64,000 nt of DNA from Carcharhinus longimanus (lineage: Eukaryota): the NCBI GenBank assembly GCA_030264375.1, contig JASCQW010000043.1, forward strand, positions 63,015,984 to 63,079,983, written 5' to 3'. Below, in pieces: positions 1-14,269 of this stretch. The notes beneath the pieces are model-generated. The model saw nothing but the letters and a program-made list of their open reading frames with translations, ran no database searches and had not been told where the DNA came from. A program made the translations under genes and the position numbers. Within the stretch, counting starts at the first letter, position 1, and the number at the start of each line of letters is the position of its first letter.

Positions 1-81
1 GGGGTTTAAAAAAAAGGGCAGCATGGACAAGTTGGGCCGAAGGGCCTGTTTCCATGCTGTAAACCTCTATGACTCTATGAC
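1..81 (+). mobile_element. CR1-clade LINE 3' end
   Basis: GGGCCGAAGGGCCTGTTTCCATGCTGT...CTCTATGACTCTATGA, a typical shark CR1 terminus with a short tandem tail. Confidence 0.8.
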
Positions 82-3000
82 AAGGCAGAGGACCCCCTTC
101 CCCCGCACCAAACTATCACAACTGCTGCAGGGATTAAATCTGCACTGTTGCTATCATTCTACATACACTCGAGTCACCCTCCCAACTGAGTTTCCTGACC
201 CCGGCTTTGAAAAATATTCCAATTATATAAATGTGTAAAAAAGCAAAACAAATCATCCATGCATAACTATGAAGATAAATAGTACATTTCTGATTTTTAG
301 TGATCACAATCACAATATATAATGTATACCATTGAGATACTAGCAAAATATAGAAAGACCCAAAAAAAGGAATAGGGACGGAGTAGTTCTATTCAAACGT
401 ACACAGTATGCTATAACAAAAATAGCGAGGATAAATACATGCAAATTGGCAATAGGGACAACAGGACTGTCAGAATTACAAAACCCCACATAGTACACCA
501 ATCGGACATCTTAGGTGCACAGTGTATGAAACACTGGCAAATACCCATTAGTATTTCTATCTGAACTGGTCTGTGATTGTACCAATTTATAGAAATGAAT
601 GTGAACTCTCTAGCCTTTTGGATTTCTTTCTTGTCATGTTCAGAATCCAATTACTCAGAAAATTCAACGAGGTAAGACCCCAACTAGTATTCAAATGAAT
701 TTTCAACCTTCCTGACTGCCAAACTATATGTATCTAAACATGGTAAGCACTGAACAGGCATGTTTGCCTTGTCCCAAGCAGACGCCAAACCATCAAAAAC
801 CATCTGAAGATTTCCTTTACTCATTAAAATCAACAAAGCCCTTTAACCCTCAGTAACAAATGCCTTCCCTCCTAAACCAAAAGATTAGCAGAAAGTGGGC
901 ATTAATTTTAAAAGCCAAGCTTCCCAGTCACCTTTAATGGTTTAGTGGGAACAAAATGGCTCTGTACAGAACCAGGCAACACAAGCTAGAGGTTTCCTAA
1001 GTTTCAATTAACTATATTGAATGAAGGGATCTTAGATGGGTCTGCAATTAGGGCACCACAACTGGCCTTGGCCAAATTAGAGAAAGGGAAAGTAAATATT
1101 GTTCCATTAAAAATGTTAACCTGTCTTTTTCTTTCAGATATCATACATTTCCTTTACTTACATCATGATCACTATTATGGAACTCCTGTGATGTCCTCCC
1201 CACTTTATTCATTGGCATGACGGTGATTCTTTCACAATTCTGTAGCCCCCACAAGTTACTATGCACTGTTTTCATGTATTATCCCGACTGGAATAATTAC
1301 TCTGCTTCTGCTCATTGTCCTAGAAAGGATTTGTTTTTTTGCAATCTTGGTCTGAGAGTGTTTTCCTATTTATTATGGTTATGATATCTGCATAAAACTG
1401 TAAAACTACAGGCAGCCACACAATGAAATACTCAAATATGCTGAAACTTCCAAATGCCTTCCCCTAACTGTTGACTCTATCTGCCTTTATATATCTCAGC
1501 CTGATATCTTGTTGCTTCTTGCAGTGACTTTCCCTTTGTCCTTCCCTTCTTACGTGCTGCTACTACTCTAATCTTCCTGATATTGTTGTTGTCAACCAGC
1601 TACTTCAAGGCTATAACAATGTTCCACTCTGAAAGCATAGAACTTCAATCTCTCATCACAGTGTTTTGACCTAAGCACTGTCAATAAGTTCTACAATTTG
1701 ACCATGAACCTCTGCCCCTTTCATCCATTTGATTGCTTTATTAACATTTATTAATTGAGCTCACAGGTCAGCTCATGAGTAGAAAGGAAAACAATTGGAC
1801 ATAAGGTACTCACCCATTATCCTTCACAACTTTACTCTCAGTGAAAGGTCCAGGAGCCTTCGCAGCACAGCTTGATGAAAGATTTTGGTGTTGACAGCAT
1901 TTAGTAAAGGTACAATAAAAGAGACATGATGAGAAAAGGCTTTTAGTCGAGCCGTAGCTTCATCATATTGTCAGTAAATAGAATACACCAGAGTCATTAA
2001 ACTCAACATGACACAAGACAGAATAGAGGTCATAAGGGGTACAACATCTTTACAGCAATAAAACTAGCCGGCAAGAGTTGGAAAGAATTGCACCAAAATG
2101 TAAACCAGACAAGTTGGCAAATCTAAGTCATTAGAAACTAGTAGATATGCATAATGCTATCAATGATACATCATTCCCCGAAGACATTTCTAAATTGGGT
2201 TCAAAACTGGGGGCATGTTCTGCTTATGGGTAAATGTTGCAATACTCACATGTCTTGTGCAGGTTTAGAATTTTAAATATAAATGCATTGGAGGTTATAT
2301 TGTGCATTTTTATCAAATCTGGCATGATTCACGGATTCTGTCGACTATAACCTTTGAGGTTCTTCTTATGCAAAGCTCACCATTTTTGGAATAACTTCAT
2401 GGTGTACTACAAAAGTTTGCAATGAAACAGGATTATAATGATCGCGGACTTTTATATAACACTAGTTACCCTTCTGTGGTTATCCACATGAGTCAAAGTT
2501 CTTCCAGTCAAGTAAAGTTAGAGACTGGGGATAATTGGACAACCACACACAGATATAATTCAGTTCCTCTTCTACTTTTATACCATACTTTTTTTATAAT
2601 TAAATAGCAATGCTTAAGACAATTTATTAAGTATAGACTGGGGTGGAGTGTAGGGATTTATCTGCAATGTGGGCTGGAAAATACAAAGCTAGGATGTTAT
2701 ACAACAACCACTGGTGCAAGGTTTTAATTACACTGCAGCACATTTACATACGCAGGGAGAATTAACATGGTGAGGGCATGAGATTGGGAAAAAATTCTGA
2801 GTACATCGGGAAGCTGGCTCCAACCAATTGACTTCTGGGTTTTTTAGAGGCTGAATCAGGTGTGGATAAACAATCCATTCCCAGGAAGTGTACTGACATT
2901 TTAAATATGTTAATAATGCTGGCAGCCTCTGACTTGAACCACATTTTCAGGTTGATGATGGGTGCCTGGATTTTCCAGGCTTCTTGAAGAAGGTTTTGGA

Positions 3001-3084
3001 AGAAAGAAAGAACTTGCATTTGTGTAACATCACTCATGACCCAAAGCACCAGGAAACATATAAAATTAAAGCCCAAGAACACCA

Positions 3085-3682
3085 TTCAGATCAACTGTTT
3101 GTGATTTTGGAGGTGGTAAATATTGATCAGGATACTTCTTCCCATAGTGCCAAGGGATCGTTTACATTGTCTTGAGAGGACAGATGGAGCTTTGGTTTAG
3201 TATTTCATCTAAAATGAAATCCAACACAGTTGGATTACTATTTCCTTGGGTGGATGTAGCTGTTACTAGGGGCCATAACTATAAGGTTCATGGTGGGAGA
3301 TATAGGAGGGATATCCAAAGTAGATTCTTTATTCAGAGAGTGGTCGGGGTGTGGAATGCACTGCCTGCTGTGATAGTGGAATCGGACACTTTAGGAATGT
3401 TCAAGCAGTTATTGGATAGGCACATGGAGCCTATTGGATAGGGAGTGGGATAGCTTGATCTTGGGTTCGGACATAGCTCGGTACGACATCAAGGGCCAAA
3501 GGGCCTGTATTGTGATGTACTATTCTATGTTTTATGTTATAAAATATGGCATCTCTGACAACATAATATTAGTTCAGCACTGGACTGAAATGCCAGCCTA
3601 GTTTACAGATTGAAATCTCAGAATGGGACTTGAACATACAATCCTGTGAACCTGAGGGAAGAGTGTTACCACAGTGCCAATG
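3085..3682 (-). mobile_element. Deu-domain SINE (SacSINE1-like), split by a CR1 insertion
   Basis: ATAGTGCCAAGGGATCGTTTACA...GAGAGGACAGATGGAGC lies left of the CR1. GGCATCTCTGACA...GGGACTTGAAC...GTGTTACCACAGTGCCA (tRNA-like head) lies right of it. Confidence 0.6.
3228..3540 (+). mobile_element. CR1 LINE 3' fragment
   Basis: Encodes TRGHNYKV...RFFIQRVVGVWNALP...FKQLLDRHM (CR1 ORF2 C-terminus), followed by the GGGCCAAAGGGCCTGT...TTCTATGTT tail. Confidence 0.9.
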
Positions 3683-4335
3683 CTGATACTTATATTGAAA
3701 AATGGGAAGCAGTTGACAGGAACCTGCCAGGGCACAAAATAGAGTGAGATGGACATGCTTGCAAAGTGCCCTGGTGATGCCCTCTGGCAGTTTGGCTGTG
3801 CCAATCTGACTGCCACCCTGGCACTACTGGGGTGGGCATCTAGGGATCCCTATTGGAAAGAGTTCCCTTTCTTTATGGGAGGGTGTGGTGGTTGCCTTGG
3901 TGCTTGTGTGGGGTGGCAGGAGGTTGAGGTTTGCTCTAGTGTTTGTGAGGAGTTGCCCCATTGCTTGTGGGGATGGGAGTTTTGTTTTAAATCAGGTCTG
4001 ACCTCTTTGGAGCCAGCATGGTTGGCTCTATCAGGCCCTGTTCACCAACATGATGGCAGAAACCACATACCCCTCTCCCCACCCCCACGGAGAATCTGGA
4101 GAGAAAGCTCGGCTGTGAAGCCAGTGAGCCACACACCAGATTTCTTACACCAGCCAACATTCTGTGTTGGATTTCCAGGCCCTTCCCACTGATCTTCTGG
4201 TCCCACCAAAGTCAACACCACAAGTTCCCCAGCAGTGGGGTGGGTGAGATCTTCCAATCCCACTGGCAGCCAGTGGACAGCTGCCTTTGCCGTGGGCATA
4301 CCTGCCACTTGGGCAGTTGGAAAATTCCGGCCATT

Positions 4336-4625
4336 AGTACAGATGACCAAAAACTTCATTAAAAAGACGGGTATTAAGAGATACCTTAAAACAAGAAAAG
4401 GATGGAGCAAGGCACGGATGTTTAGGGATGTAATTCCAGTGTTTAGGACCTGGGTGATGAAAGGCATAGCCAACAATGAAAGTGCAGGATACACAAGAGG
4501 CCAGAGATGGAGGAACACAGAATTATCAGAGGGATATAGGCTTAGAGGAGGTTTTACAGAGAGGAATTTGAATATCGGATGAAAACTTTTAAATCAAGGT
4601 ATTGCTGGAATCAATACAGGTCAGA
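4336..4625 (-). mobile_element. L2-type LINE 3' fragment (old)
   Basis: ATGACCAAAAACTT...TTTAGGGATGTAATTCCAGTGTTTAGGACC...GAAAGGCATAGCC. Clearly homologous to the copies at 29.1 and 41.3 kb. Confidence 0.55.
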
Positions 4626-6559
4626 AAAAATGGTTCTACTTTATTACACTATAAGCACAGAATTTATTATACCTTCTGGGCGTAAATTCTCTCAAGGCAA
4701 ATAATCTTTATTGGAATGAACATGAGTATGAATCAACTGAATTGTAAAATAAAGAAAATATACAGATCCACAGACAGATACATACATATATATACAATAT
4801 ATAAAACTGTATAACATTTATTTGCATTTACTTTGGAATTTAGTTGCAAGTAGGTTCACTGTTAAATGCGGGCAGTGAAATTTTCTTTAAAAATATAGCA
4901 TTGGGGAGTCAGGCAAAAGGTAACAGTATAATCAATTTAAAGAAATGTTATCCATGTGGTAAAAATATTCTATATTTGTGTACAGGCCTGCAATTTGTTC
5001 TCATTATTTGTTTCAAGTCAAACTAAACAGTCATTTTCAGAGTGTGCAAGGCCCAATGAAATGATTTATTTTTTTGAGAAGCTTTAAGCTGCACTGACCT
5101 TTTCAGTCACACAAAATAAAAACAGAAGAAGCCTCAAATTGCCTAGGGCTTTTCACAAGGACTCTGAAAGGAGGAAAGAGTGGGAAAAAGCCAAGGCACA
5201 CTGAGTATTTTCAATGCAGCCGAACATCAAATATTACAAGCAGTCACACAGACTCGCTGTGCCTGAATGTCTGCAAGAGGTTTGAGTTGACAACAACGTT
5301 GGTAAATTAACAAATTGGGCCACGACATAAGCTTCCACTGAGAAGGTCCCACACAAACGAAAGTGATGTTTTCTCTGAAAACATTTCATTGTGAGCCATT
5401 CATCACTGCAGACGGCTTCTGGCAGTTTTCAGGGCGAGGATATGGAGGAAGGGGAAAAAAACGGCCTTTCCCTGTCACAAAACCTGATTTCCGATAATAA
5501 ACTATTCACAATATAGAAAGTACTAAATCCAGTATTTTTTCAGCTGCGACTTGCTACAAACTGCTATTCATTTCTTACATTGCTATCCCATTCTATGCTA
5601 CGCAGTGTAGAACTGAGAGCTGAGGAGGTCAAGCATGTGTTTTACTATTTTTTAAATGTCTTTTTTTATTAACTTTTACTGCCTTTCATCTGAATGTTAG
5701 ATCCTTCCTAAAAACATCTGCGAAGGAGTACAGTTTCTGCCAAGCAATAAATAATGACAGCACAGTAAGAGAATATGCATGCCCTTTGCACGCTCTGCTC
5801 TCATGGAAGAGATTTCCTCCCCTCCCCCAGCTGTGCTATTTGTCTGTGTATTCACGTGTGTTAAATGGTCTGGGACCCCCTGGTTCTCAGCAGCACAGTG
5901 AGATTGTAAACAGCACTTGTTGGATGTATCATCTCCTGGTCTGTGATTCAGGGAGTTTGTAGGTCAACCTACAGATGTGTACCTGAACCTGCTTTTGCAC
6001 ATCCCAATTCTCCCCCTGCATGTCTTGTATCCAGAAGGAATGTCCATCAGAACCCCAGACTTGTACAACAGGAAGAACACTGAAAAGGAGAGCGATGGAG
6101 TCACGGACAAATAGCTAAGTTATACAATTAACAGTGATCAAAACATCTTCTGAGTTTTGAAAATGATCAATAATGCGATAAAAGATCTGGGAAATAATAC
6201 AATGAAAACGTATTATTAAAATTAATAAGGGATACTGTATATCTTAAAAGCTATTTTGTAGATTTTTTAAAGAAAAGCTCTTAATGCATCAGCATTTAAC
6301 TGCAGATTCAAGCAATTTACTGGGTTTAAACTAAATTATTTATGAACTACACTGACACTTAAGAAAATATTAGAGCATTTAAAAGTTATTAAGAACACAT
6401 TTGTAAATTTTTCAAAGCATCACAACACACTAAAGTGCAATGTTGATATACTTTTACAGCACATGGCCATTTATTTTCAAAAGCACTCTAATGAACGTTG
6501 AAACCTTCAATTCCTATCCCCATTAATGGTACTAAAATTCTCCATGGGGAATAAATTCT

Positions 6560-6802
6560 CATCTTTGTTCTCAAATATCTCCATGGTTGTGCCCTCCCTA
6601 TATTTGTAATCCTCGCCAGTCACACAAATCTTGAAGTTACCTGTAATCCTCTACTCCTGGACTCTTGAGCATCTCTCATTTTAATTCTCCACCATTCAGT
6701 TCCTTAGGCTTTAATTTCTGCAATACGTTCCCCATTTCTCTCCATCTCTGTACTTCACTTTTCTCCTTTAATACACTCCTTAAAACATTTCTCTTTGACC
6801 TT
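6560..6802 (+). mobile_element. L2-type LINE 3' fragment (old)
   Basis: Opposite-strand homologue of the 29.1/41.3 kb copies (…CTCCTTAAAACATTTCTCTTTGACC). Confidence 0.55.
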
Positions 6803-6811
6803 ATGGGCTAT

Positions 6812-7568
6812 AAATAATCTCTCTGTCAATGTCAGTAAAACGAAGGAGATAGTCGTCAACTTCAGGAAACATAGTGGGGGACATGCCCCTGTCTACATCA
6901 ATGGGGAAGAAGCGAAAATGGTCGAGAGCTTCAAATTTCTATTTGTCCAGATCACCAACAACCTTTTCTGATCCCTCCACACTGATGCAATAGTTAAGAA
7001 AGCCAATGCCTCTACTTTCTCAGAAGGTTCATAAAATTTGGAATGTCTGCTATAACTCTCACCAATTTTTACAAGTGCACCATAGAAAGCATCCTTTCCG
7101 TACGTATCACAGCTTGGCGTGGCTCCTCTTTTGGCCAAGACTGCAAGAAACTACAAAGGCTCGGGAATGTAGCCCAGTCCATCACAGAAACCAGCCTCCA
7201 TCCAGTCTACGCTTCCCGCTGCCTCGGGATAACAGCCAGTACACTCAAGGATCCCACACACCCCAACATAATCTCTTCCACCTTCTTCTATTGGGAAAAA
7301 GATACAAATATCTGAGGTCACATACAAACTGACTCAAGAACAGCTTATTCTGTGCTGCCACCAGACTTTTGAATGGACCTATCATATATTAAGTTGATCT
7401 TTCTGTACACTCCAGCTATGACTGTAACACTATATTCAGCACCCTCTCCTTTCTTTCTCCCCTATGTACACTATGAATGTATGTTTAGTCTGAACAGTAT
7501 GGAAGCAACAATACTTTTCACTGTATCCTGATACATGTGACAATAATAAATCAAGTCAAATCAAATCT
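6812..7568 (+). mobile_element. Rex1/Babar-clade LINE, 5'-truncated, frameshifted
   Basis: INGEEAKMVESFKFL...LTNFYKCTIESILS..ITAW.G...DCKKLQR...HP (RT C-terminal/DUF1891-type region). It ends in a stem-loop, AATAATAAA and an (AATCA)n-like tail. Confidence 0.8.
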
Positions 7569-8042
7569 AAAGAGCAAATCAAATAGCACTGTTCTGGATT
7601 TAGCTCGCCCTCTTCTCCAGCCACAGTCCTCTTCTGAACATCTCCAGACCTTAGTTCTGGAGACAATGTCTTCTGGGTCCTCATTGTTGGACTCTAGTAG
7701 ATTTTTCTTTTGTCTATTCATTCACAAGTTATAGGCGTTACCGGCTAAGCCAGCATTTATTGTCAATTCCTAATTGTCTTTGATAAGGTAGTGCTGAGCC
7801 ACTTTACTGAACCACAGCAGTTCATGTGGGGTAGAAATACCCACAATGCAGTTAGGAAGAGCGTTCCAGTTTTTCACTCAGCCACAGTCAAGAATGGCAA
7901 GTTCCAAGTGTGTGCGACTTGGAGGGTAACTTACTGGTGATGCTGTTAATATGCATTTGCTGCCTTTGTCCTTCCCAGTGATAAAGATCATGGATTTGGA
8001 CAGTGTTATTGAAGAAGCCTTGGCGAGTTGCTTCAGTGAACA

Positions 8043-8348
8043 ATAGAAACCCTACAGTGCAGAATGAGCCCATTTGCCCATCGAGTCTGCACTGACAGCA
8101 GCCCCACCCAGGCCCTATTCACACCACCCCACATATTTATCCTGCTACTCCCTCTAACCTACACATCCAGGGCACTAAGGGGCAATTTAGCATGACCAAT
8201 CAACCTAACCAAAACCGGAGCACCCAGAGGAAATCCACGCAGACACGGGGAGAACATGTACACTCTGCACAGTGACCCAAGCCAGGAATCGAACCCAGGT
8301 CCCTGGAGCTGTGAGGCAGCAGTGCTAATCACTGCTTCTGTGCCACCC
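8043..8348 (-). mobile_element. HE1-like tRNA-derived V-SINE (CR1-type tail)
   Basis: Reverse strand has the GGTGGCACAG..GTGATTAGCACTGCTGCCTCACAGC...GGTTCGATTCC A/B boxes, the core GGTGCTCCGGTTT and the CTGCACTGTAGGG tail. Confidence 0.9.
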
Positions 8349-8394
8349 CAAGTGCATCTTGTATATCCTGCTGCTGCTGCTATATGTTGGTGTT

Positions 8395-8692
8395 CATAGT
8401 GTGATAAAATCTCTACAGTGCAGAAGAAGGCCATTGGGCTCATCAAGTCTGCACCAACAACAATCCCACCCAGGCCCTATCCCCATAACCCCATATATTT
8501 ATCCCGTTAGTCTCCAGATACTAAGGGGCAATTTCACATGGCCAATCAACTTAACCCACACATTTTTGGAGTATGGGAAGAACAGACATGGGGAGAATGT
8601 GAAAATTTCACACAGACACTGACCGAGGCTAGAACTAAACGTGGGTCCCTGGGTCTGTGAGGCAACAGTTCTATCTACTGTGCCACCATGTC
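8395..8692 (-). mobile_element. HE1-like V-SINE (CR1-type tail)
   Basis: Same family as 8043-8348, more diverged. Confidence 0.85.
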
Positions 8693-11600
8693 ATCTCCTC
8701 GTTAGAGGGAGAGAATGGTTAAAGTGGTAGTTGGGGTGCCACTCAAATAAACTGCTTTGTCCTGGCTTCTAGCTCAAATAGACTGCTTCTTGAGTGTTGT
8801 TGGAGCTGCGCTCATCCAGGTTAGTTGAGTGTATTCCAGCACACTCCTGGACCTGTGCCTTGTAGAAGGTGCTCAGGCTTTGGGGAATCAGGAGGTGAGT
8901 TACTCACCACAGAATTCTTAACTTCTGACCTGCTCTTGTAGCCACAGTATTTATACGGCTAGTCATATAAATAGTCCAGTTCAGATTCTGGTCAATGGTA
9001 ACCCACAGGATGTTAATGGTAATTATGCAAACAAAAGTCACACTACATCCTTAACTCATGAATCTAGTTTTAACCAGGCCTGAGCAGAGAAGCTGTTGTA
9101 ACATTACTGCTAGGCAGAGCAGCTTTATCACTGGTCTGAAGATCAAAGAGATGTTTCCTTTGAGGGTTCACAATGCATAGAAGTGCTCTTTTAGGCTCCA
9201 ATCAGGAAAACCATGTCCTCCTGTTTCCCAGATTTCACTTACTTGGAAGTCGCCATGGGCCATGTACCTGACCTTTCACAGCTGGGGATCACCCTGTGCC
9301 CTCTTCCTGACCTTTCGGGACTAGAGGCCAACTCACAGTATTGAGGCCCAGAGTTAAAGTTGGTATGGCCTCCTCCTGCATCTGCTGGGTGGAACATTAA
9401 ATCCCACCAGAAGCCCACAGTGAATTCAAATCATCCCTGACCCGTAATTCAAATTGCAAATAAGGAAAAGTGTAGATTCCGACCACTCACATTAAAGAAA
9501 TCCCCTTTTATTGACATAGTCACTGGGCAAAAGTGACAGCTCAGTAACAGTCATCCGCATTTTTACATTTACAGAATGTAAGAAGCATTTGAGTTATTAG
9601 GATATTTTCATTTATGGTGAACAGCTCCCATATGGAGGTTGTACTGTGTAAGAGACTGTCCACTATACAACACAATGTAAATTTAATAGAAATGGAACTC
9701 AATATATTTTATGAAATATTTATCCCCAAAAGAAATGAAAATGCTATCAATTTTTTAAAAATATTTATGTTTAAAAGAATACAATTCTGCAGTCTTTCAC
9801 ATTTCTGACACTGTCTTTTTAAAGTCTATGATTGTTTAATCTTTTCTCTTTGCAAAATACTCTGAGGCCTGAGGAGGTTTCTGTGTGAATTTGACACTGA
9901 GCATCCACATGTGACAACAACACCTTAAAAGGATTTAAGGGAATAAGATCTGACAAAAGCTTTTATGAATTCATCACTGAATATTTGTTAATCCTGCACT
10001 CAGCGATGGCTCAAGGAGAAAGAACACCCTTCAAATGGAGATAAATTATGATCTTTCAGAAGATTACCACCAACTGTAAATGAGTTTGTCCTGCAGCTAA
10101 ACAGCCTTTGACCAGGTTACTTATGAGTGATACTGGTTAAGCTCGGGGGAAGGGGAAAAAATGTGGTTCTTCCACTAATGTACAATCTCTCTCTGTGGAC
10201 ACTGAGAGGGTTCTGTTCAACATCTGTTGCAGTTTTAACCTTAGATGATCATAACTCCAGCAACAGTTGACTGAGGCCTTTTGCATTGCAATAATTTAAA
10301 ATGGCAGGTATTAACTTTTGTGGAAAACTGAAGCTGGATGGTGGATTACTACTGGTGAAGACACTGTGTTCCAAGAACTGAATGCCCGTAAACGACCACT
10401 TCTAACTCACTGTTTTTAAACAGCTGAGGCTCTTAGGCATAAAACTGTCTGAATTGAACTTTTCCACTCGGGTTCCACATTGAAGATTAAAGCAAGCAAT
10501 TGCGTCTCAAGCAATGTTTAATTTAAATACACGTCTCTCACTCTGATTTTAGCTAAGGGTTATTTATTCAAAGAACTTATTTTTTTAAGTGCAGTTTCCC
10601 AAACATTTTTTGACAGTGCTAGGCCACATATTGGTCCAACCACAGCAAGTACTCTATAAACTGTAATAATCCATTACTCATGTATGTTAAAGCCTTGTTG
10701 TTTGAACTGAAGGGAGATAATTTGGTTCATATTGTGTTAGAATGTATCATGTTACCTTTGAGCACAAGGTCACCAACTTGCTTCCTTCCCTAGTTTCTTC
10801 CAGAGATATCAGGGTTCATGAGGAAAATATCATAATCTCTATTGACAGCAGAAATTCCACACTGACATATTTCATAAATGTACAAACAGTGAGGCAGAAT
10901 GGTTTCTGTTAATATGTTCAATTCAATTACATGGAATAGGATTGGTTTGATTTTGTTTGCATTTATATAGGGACTCTAACATAGTAAAACAAGAGGATTC
11001 ACAGGAGCATTACTAAACAAATTTTGATAGTGTGAGTGCAGACAGTATTTTTTAAGAATGCCAAAGAAAGCAGCCCAGTTGGGATCCACATTACAACCTC
11101 TGTTCATTTGCAATTCATCACTAAAGTTGACATGTCATAGAGACCATATTAAGATATCCCTCTGAGTTCATTCAGTTCCAGATGGACTTAGCAAAATAGA
11201 AAGAAAAAAAAATCACTAACTTCATCAGAGTAACTGGATTCCCACAGGTATCATTGCTCTTATTTGTGTCATTATATAAAACCTCCATCTGAAAGCCTAA
11301 ACAACTTCATAAGCGGGATGGAAGTTCATTTCTTCAATGTCCCTATCATAAGTGTTGCGGCAACACCTGCTACCCATGCAGCACCCATGATCCATTCATT
11401 CTCAGGCCAGAACTGTGTGATAGGATGTACAAATTCAGTCCTGACGAGAATCCAAGGATAAAAATTAAAAACATGTCCAGTGAAGCCCTGAGCACCACCA
11501 GCTTCACTGTGAACAGACCACTACCATTTTCAAGTCCCATTTCAGGGAAGCCCTTCAATGCAGAAATCTATATGGCTGGATTTTCTTGGAGTTGGGGAGG

Positions 11601-11987
11601 TGTGAAAATGTCACCCTGGGACCTGACTCCAGGATTTCCGACAACTTTCCTGGGTTTTCTGATTTACAGGAGTGCCTTTTGCAAGTGTGGATTCGCTTGG
11701 GTTGCAAGTCCACACTCTGCACTCCTGAGCTAGCTGGCCTGTCCTAGTTTTCTGCAACTTTCATGGAATTCGGTCAGCTTTTCAATAGGTTGTGGTTCAT
11801 GGCACCTCTAAGATGTCATGAACCATAGTCTGCATGAGGAAACCTTTTCCAAGGCCCTCTTCATGCCACAGTGGCCAAGGCATGTTCCTCACCCACTCCT
11901 GTGGCCCCTCATGCCTTGATAACCCCCTATCAATCTTAGTCTATGTCCCCTGCTGCCTTCGTGTCAAGATATCCCTCATCCATTCAT

Positions 11988-12308
11988 AATAAGAACATAA
12001 GAACATAAGAAATAGGAGCAGGAGTAGGCCATCTGGCCCTTCGAGCCTGCCCAGCCATTCAATAAGATCATGGCTGATCTGTCGTGGCTCAGTTCCACTT
12101 TCCGGCCCTCTCCCCATAACCCTTAATCCCNNNNNNNNNNNNNNNNNNNNNNNNNNNNNNNNNNNNNNNNNNNNNNNNNNNNNNNNNNNNNNNNNNNNNN
12201 NNNNNNNNNNNNNNNNNNNNNNNNNNNNNNTTGCGCAGGTGCGGCGCCCAAAACTGCACACAGTACTCCAGCTGCGGCCTCACCAATGCCCTATACAGCT
12301 GCAGCATT
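11988..12308 (-). mobile_element. Young CR1 LINE spanning an assembly gap
   Basis: (ACATAAGA)n tail at left. LYRALVRPQLEYCVQFWAPHLR at right, with CpGs intact. Confidence 0.9.
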
Positions 12309-13997
12309 CCCTATGGTCCATGCCCATTCGCCTGTTACACTTTTGGAACAAACAATAGGATGTGTTTAAAAAAAACTTTTAAAAGTCATTTGTTGTTAAC
12401 TTTGCACTCTCTTAAAAAAAACTTTTTATTACAGGCCAATAAAAGTGTCAATTATCAAGACACTGTAAAGTATCAATAGCAGAAACTGCAAGGGCTTGAA
12501 ACTTCTTTACTTTGTGTAAGTAAACATTGTGCAATTGATAGAATTAGTCAGAGAACCAGAGCTGTCAGGCAAGGATTGCTGTCCCTCAGGCACAGCTATA
12601 TCAGAACCCTAATGGATTGCTAGGCTCGCAACCAAGCCTCATTTTGCATTCTTGGCTAAGAACTTCGAAATTCTCACTGAAATTCCACTCAACATATTAA
12701 AAATGAAGTCCGCCACCAACCCCCACCCCTACCACCAAACTGCTAACCCCCTCCAGCAAGGAAAATGCTGGAGATCATATGGAGAAGTGTAAATCCCAAT
12801 TAAAATAATGCTGAAAATAATGAGAAGATTCCATCCTGTATATACTTCCTCCTCTCTGACAGAATCATGAACAGAGGCAACTGTGGACTGCACACTCAAT
12901 TTATACTGTCCTGAGAAATAATCTGATGTTAGTGAAAAGGGGATTCTACTAGAGGGGCGTCTACAGCTTGAACACATAAAGCAGGAATAAGTACGAAGAA
13001 AGATTTTTTTAACTCTAAAGGGTGTAAAGTTTCTCTGCTTATAGCAGTTAAATCTCTACACTAATCACTTGATTAGTCATCTGTCTTTAAAGGCATTTTA
13101 TATTGATTGACATTCCTGCCCTCTATAACACATTCAGAGGGGCAAATTTCCCGTCATCTGCTCCCGACATGTAGCCATGGCCATTGAAAATGCAAATGAG
13201 GCATTAAAATTAGTTTTGTGGGTCGGGACCAACTGTCAGAGGTCAGGCAAAACATGGAGCTATTTATTATCGACACTCGGTTGAGCCGTGCGATCACCAG
13301 CAGAATGCTAATAAAGTAAAGCCAGAGAATAGCACTTAAGAATCAGAGGTTTCCGCCTGAATGCCAGCAATATTGAAATGTCTTCTGAGACTACCTGGGC
13401 AAGTGAAAACACTGCAATCTGTAGTCTACAATTCTGCATGTTTGACACCTGATAAGCTTGTTCCTACAAGCGTCAAGTCTGTCTATGGCAGACGCTCATA
13501 GGAAAGATTTACACGGAAAATTCTGGGGCAGTTTGGGAGGACTGCCCTTCAGGCAAACATCTCAACAGGTCTCAGTTTCTGATGGGCTGCTGATAAAAGT
13601 GCAGGAAAATGTGCTGTGTCAATGAATGGGGCACACAAAAAAGGGGACTTTGGATGATATATTCAAATAATAGTTATTCTTTCTTTTATTGATTATGCCA
13701 AGGCAGCTTTACATGTTTCAACACATCAAAGGACGTGTTAAATTGTGAGAAATCTATACTCTCGACAGCTTACGCAATAACCAATCATGTACAGACTGAA
13801 CTGAAGCAAAGGGTTATGTTAATAATTAGTCTAGCATGCTCTGTGTTTGTTATCCACTTTGGTTATTATGAGTTGGGAGCTCAGTTGGCTGAGTGTTAAA
13901 AGCTAGATTGGGACAGTTGTGTGGTGTGATGGCAGAGGGGAGAAGAAAGAGTTCACTGAACCTGAGGTTTGAATCTCAGAAATGTACACACAGCCTT

Positions 13998-14228
13998 TCA
14001 CAGAATTGCAGAATTGTTACAATGCAAAAGGAGACCAATTGGCCCATCATGTCTACACTGGCTCTCCGAATGAGCAATTCACCCAGTGCCAATCCTCCTC
14101 CTACTCCCCATAACCTTGCATGTTCTTCCTTTTTAAATTCCCTTTTGAATGCCTTGTTTGAACCCGCCTCCATCACACTCTTAAGCAGTGCATTCCGGAC
14201 CCTAACACCTTGCTGAGTGAAAAACTTT
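13998..14228 (-). mobile_element. CR1 LINE 3' end
   Basis: AGAATTGCAGAATTGTTAC tail. GCAGTGCATTCCGGACCCTAAC corresponds to the RVWNAL motif on the minus strand. Confidence 0.75.
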
Positions 14229-14269
14229 CACCTCATGTTCTCATTGCTTGTTTGCTCAATTAAATCCTT

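Larger units (their letters stand above)
7705..9020 (-). mobile_element. Old CR1/L2-group LINE 3' region interrupted by two HE1-like SINEs
   Basis: The minus strand of 8.75-9.02 kb reads approximately ILGVTIDQNLNW..INTVATRAGQKL..L..VTHLL.PQSLSTFYKAQV.SVLEY. The 3' end GCCAGCATTTATTG is at ~7.75 kb. Confidence 0.7.

Noticed and set aside
3749-4582. Cluster of 115-158 aa ORFs on both strands
   Set aside because: They lie in MITE-like and L2 remnants, with no domain or exon structure.
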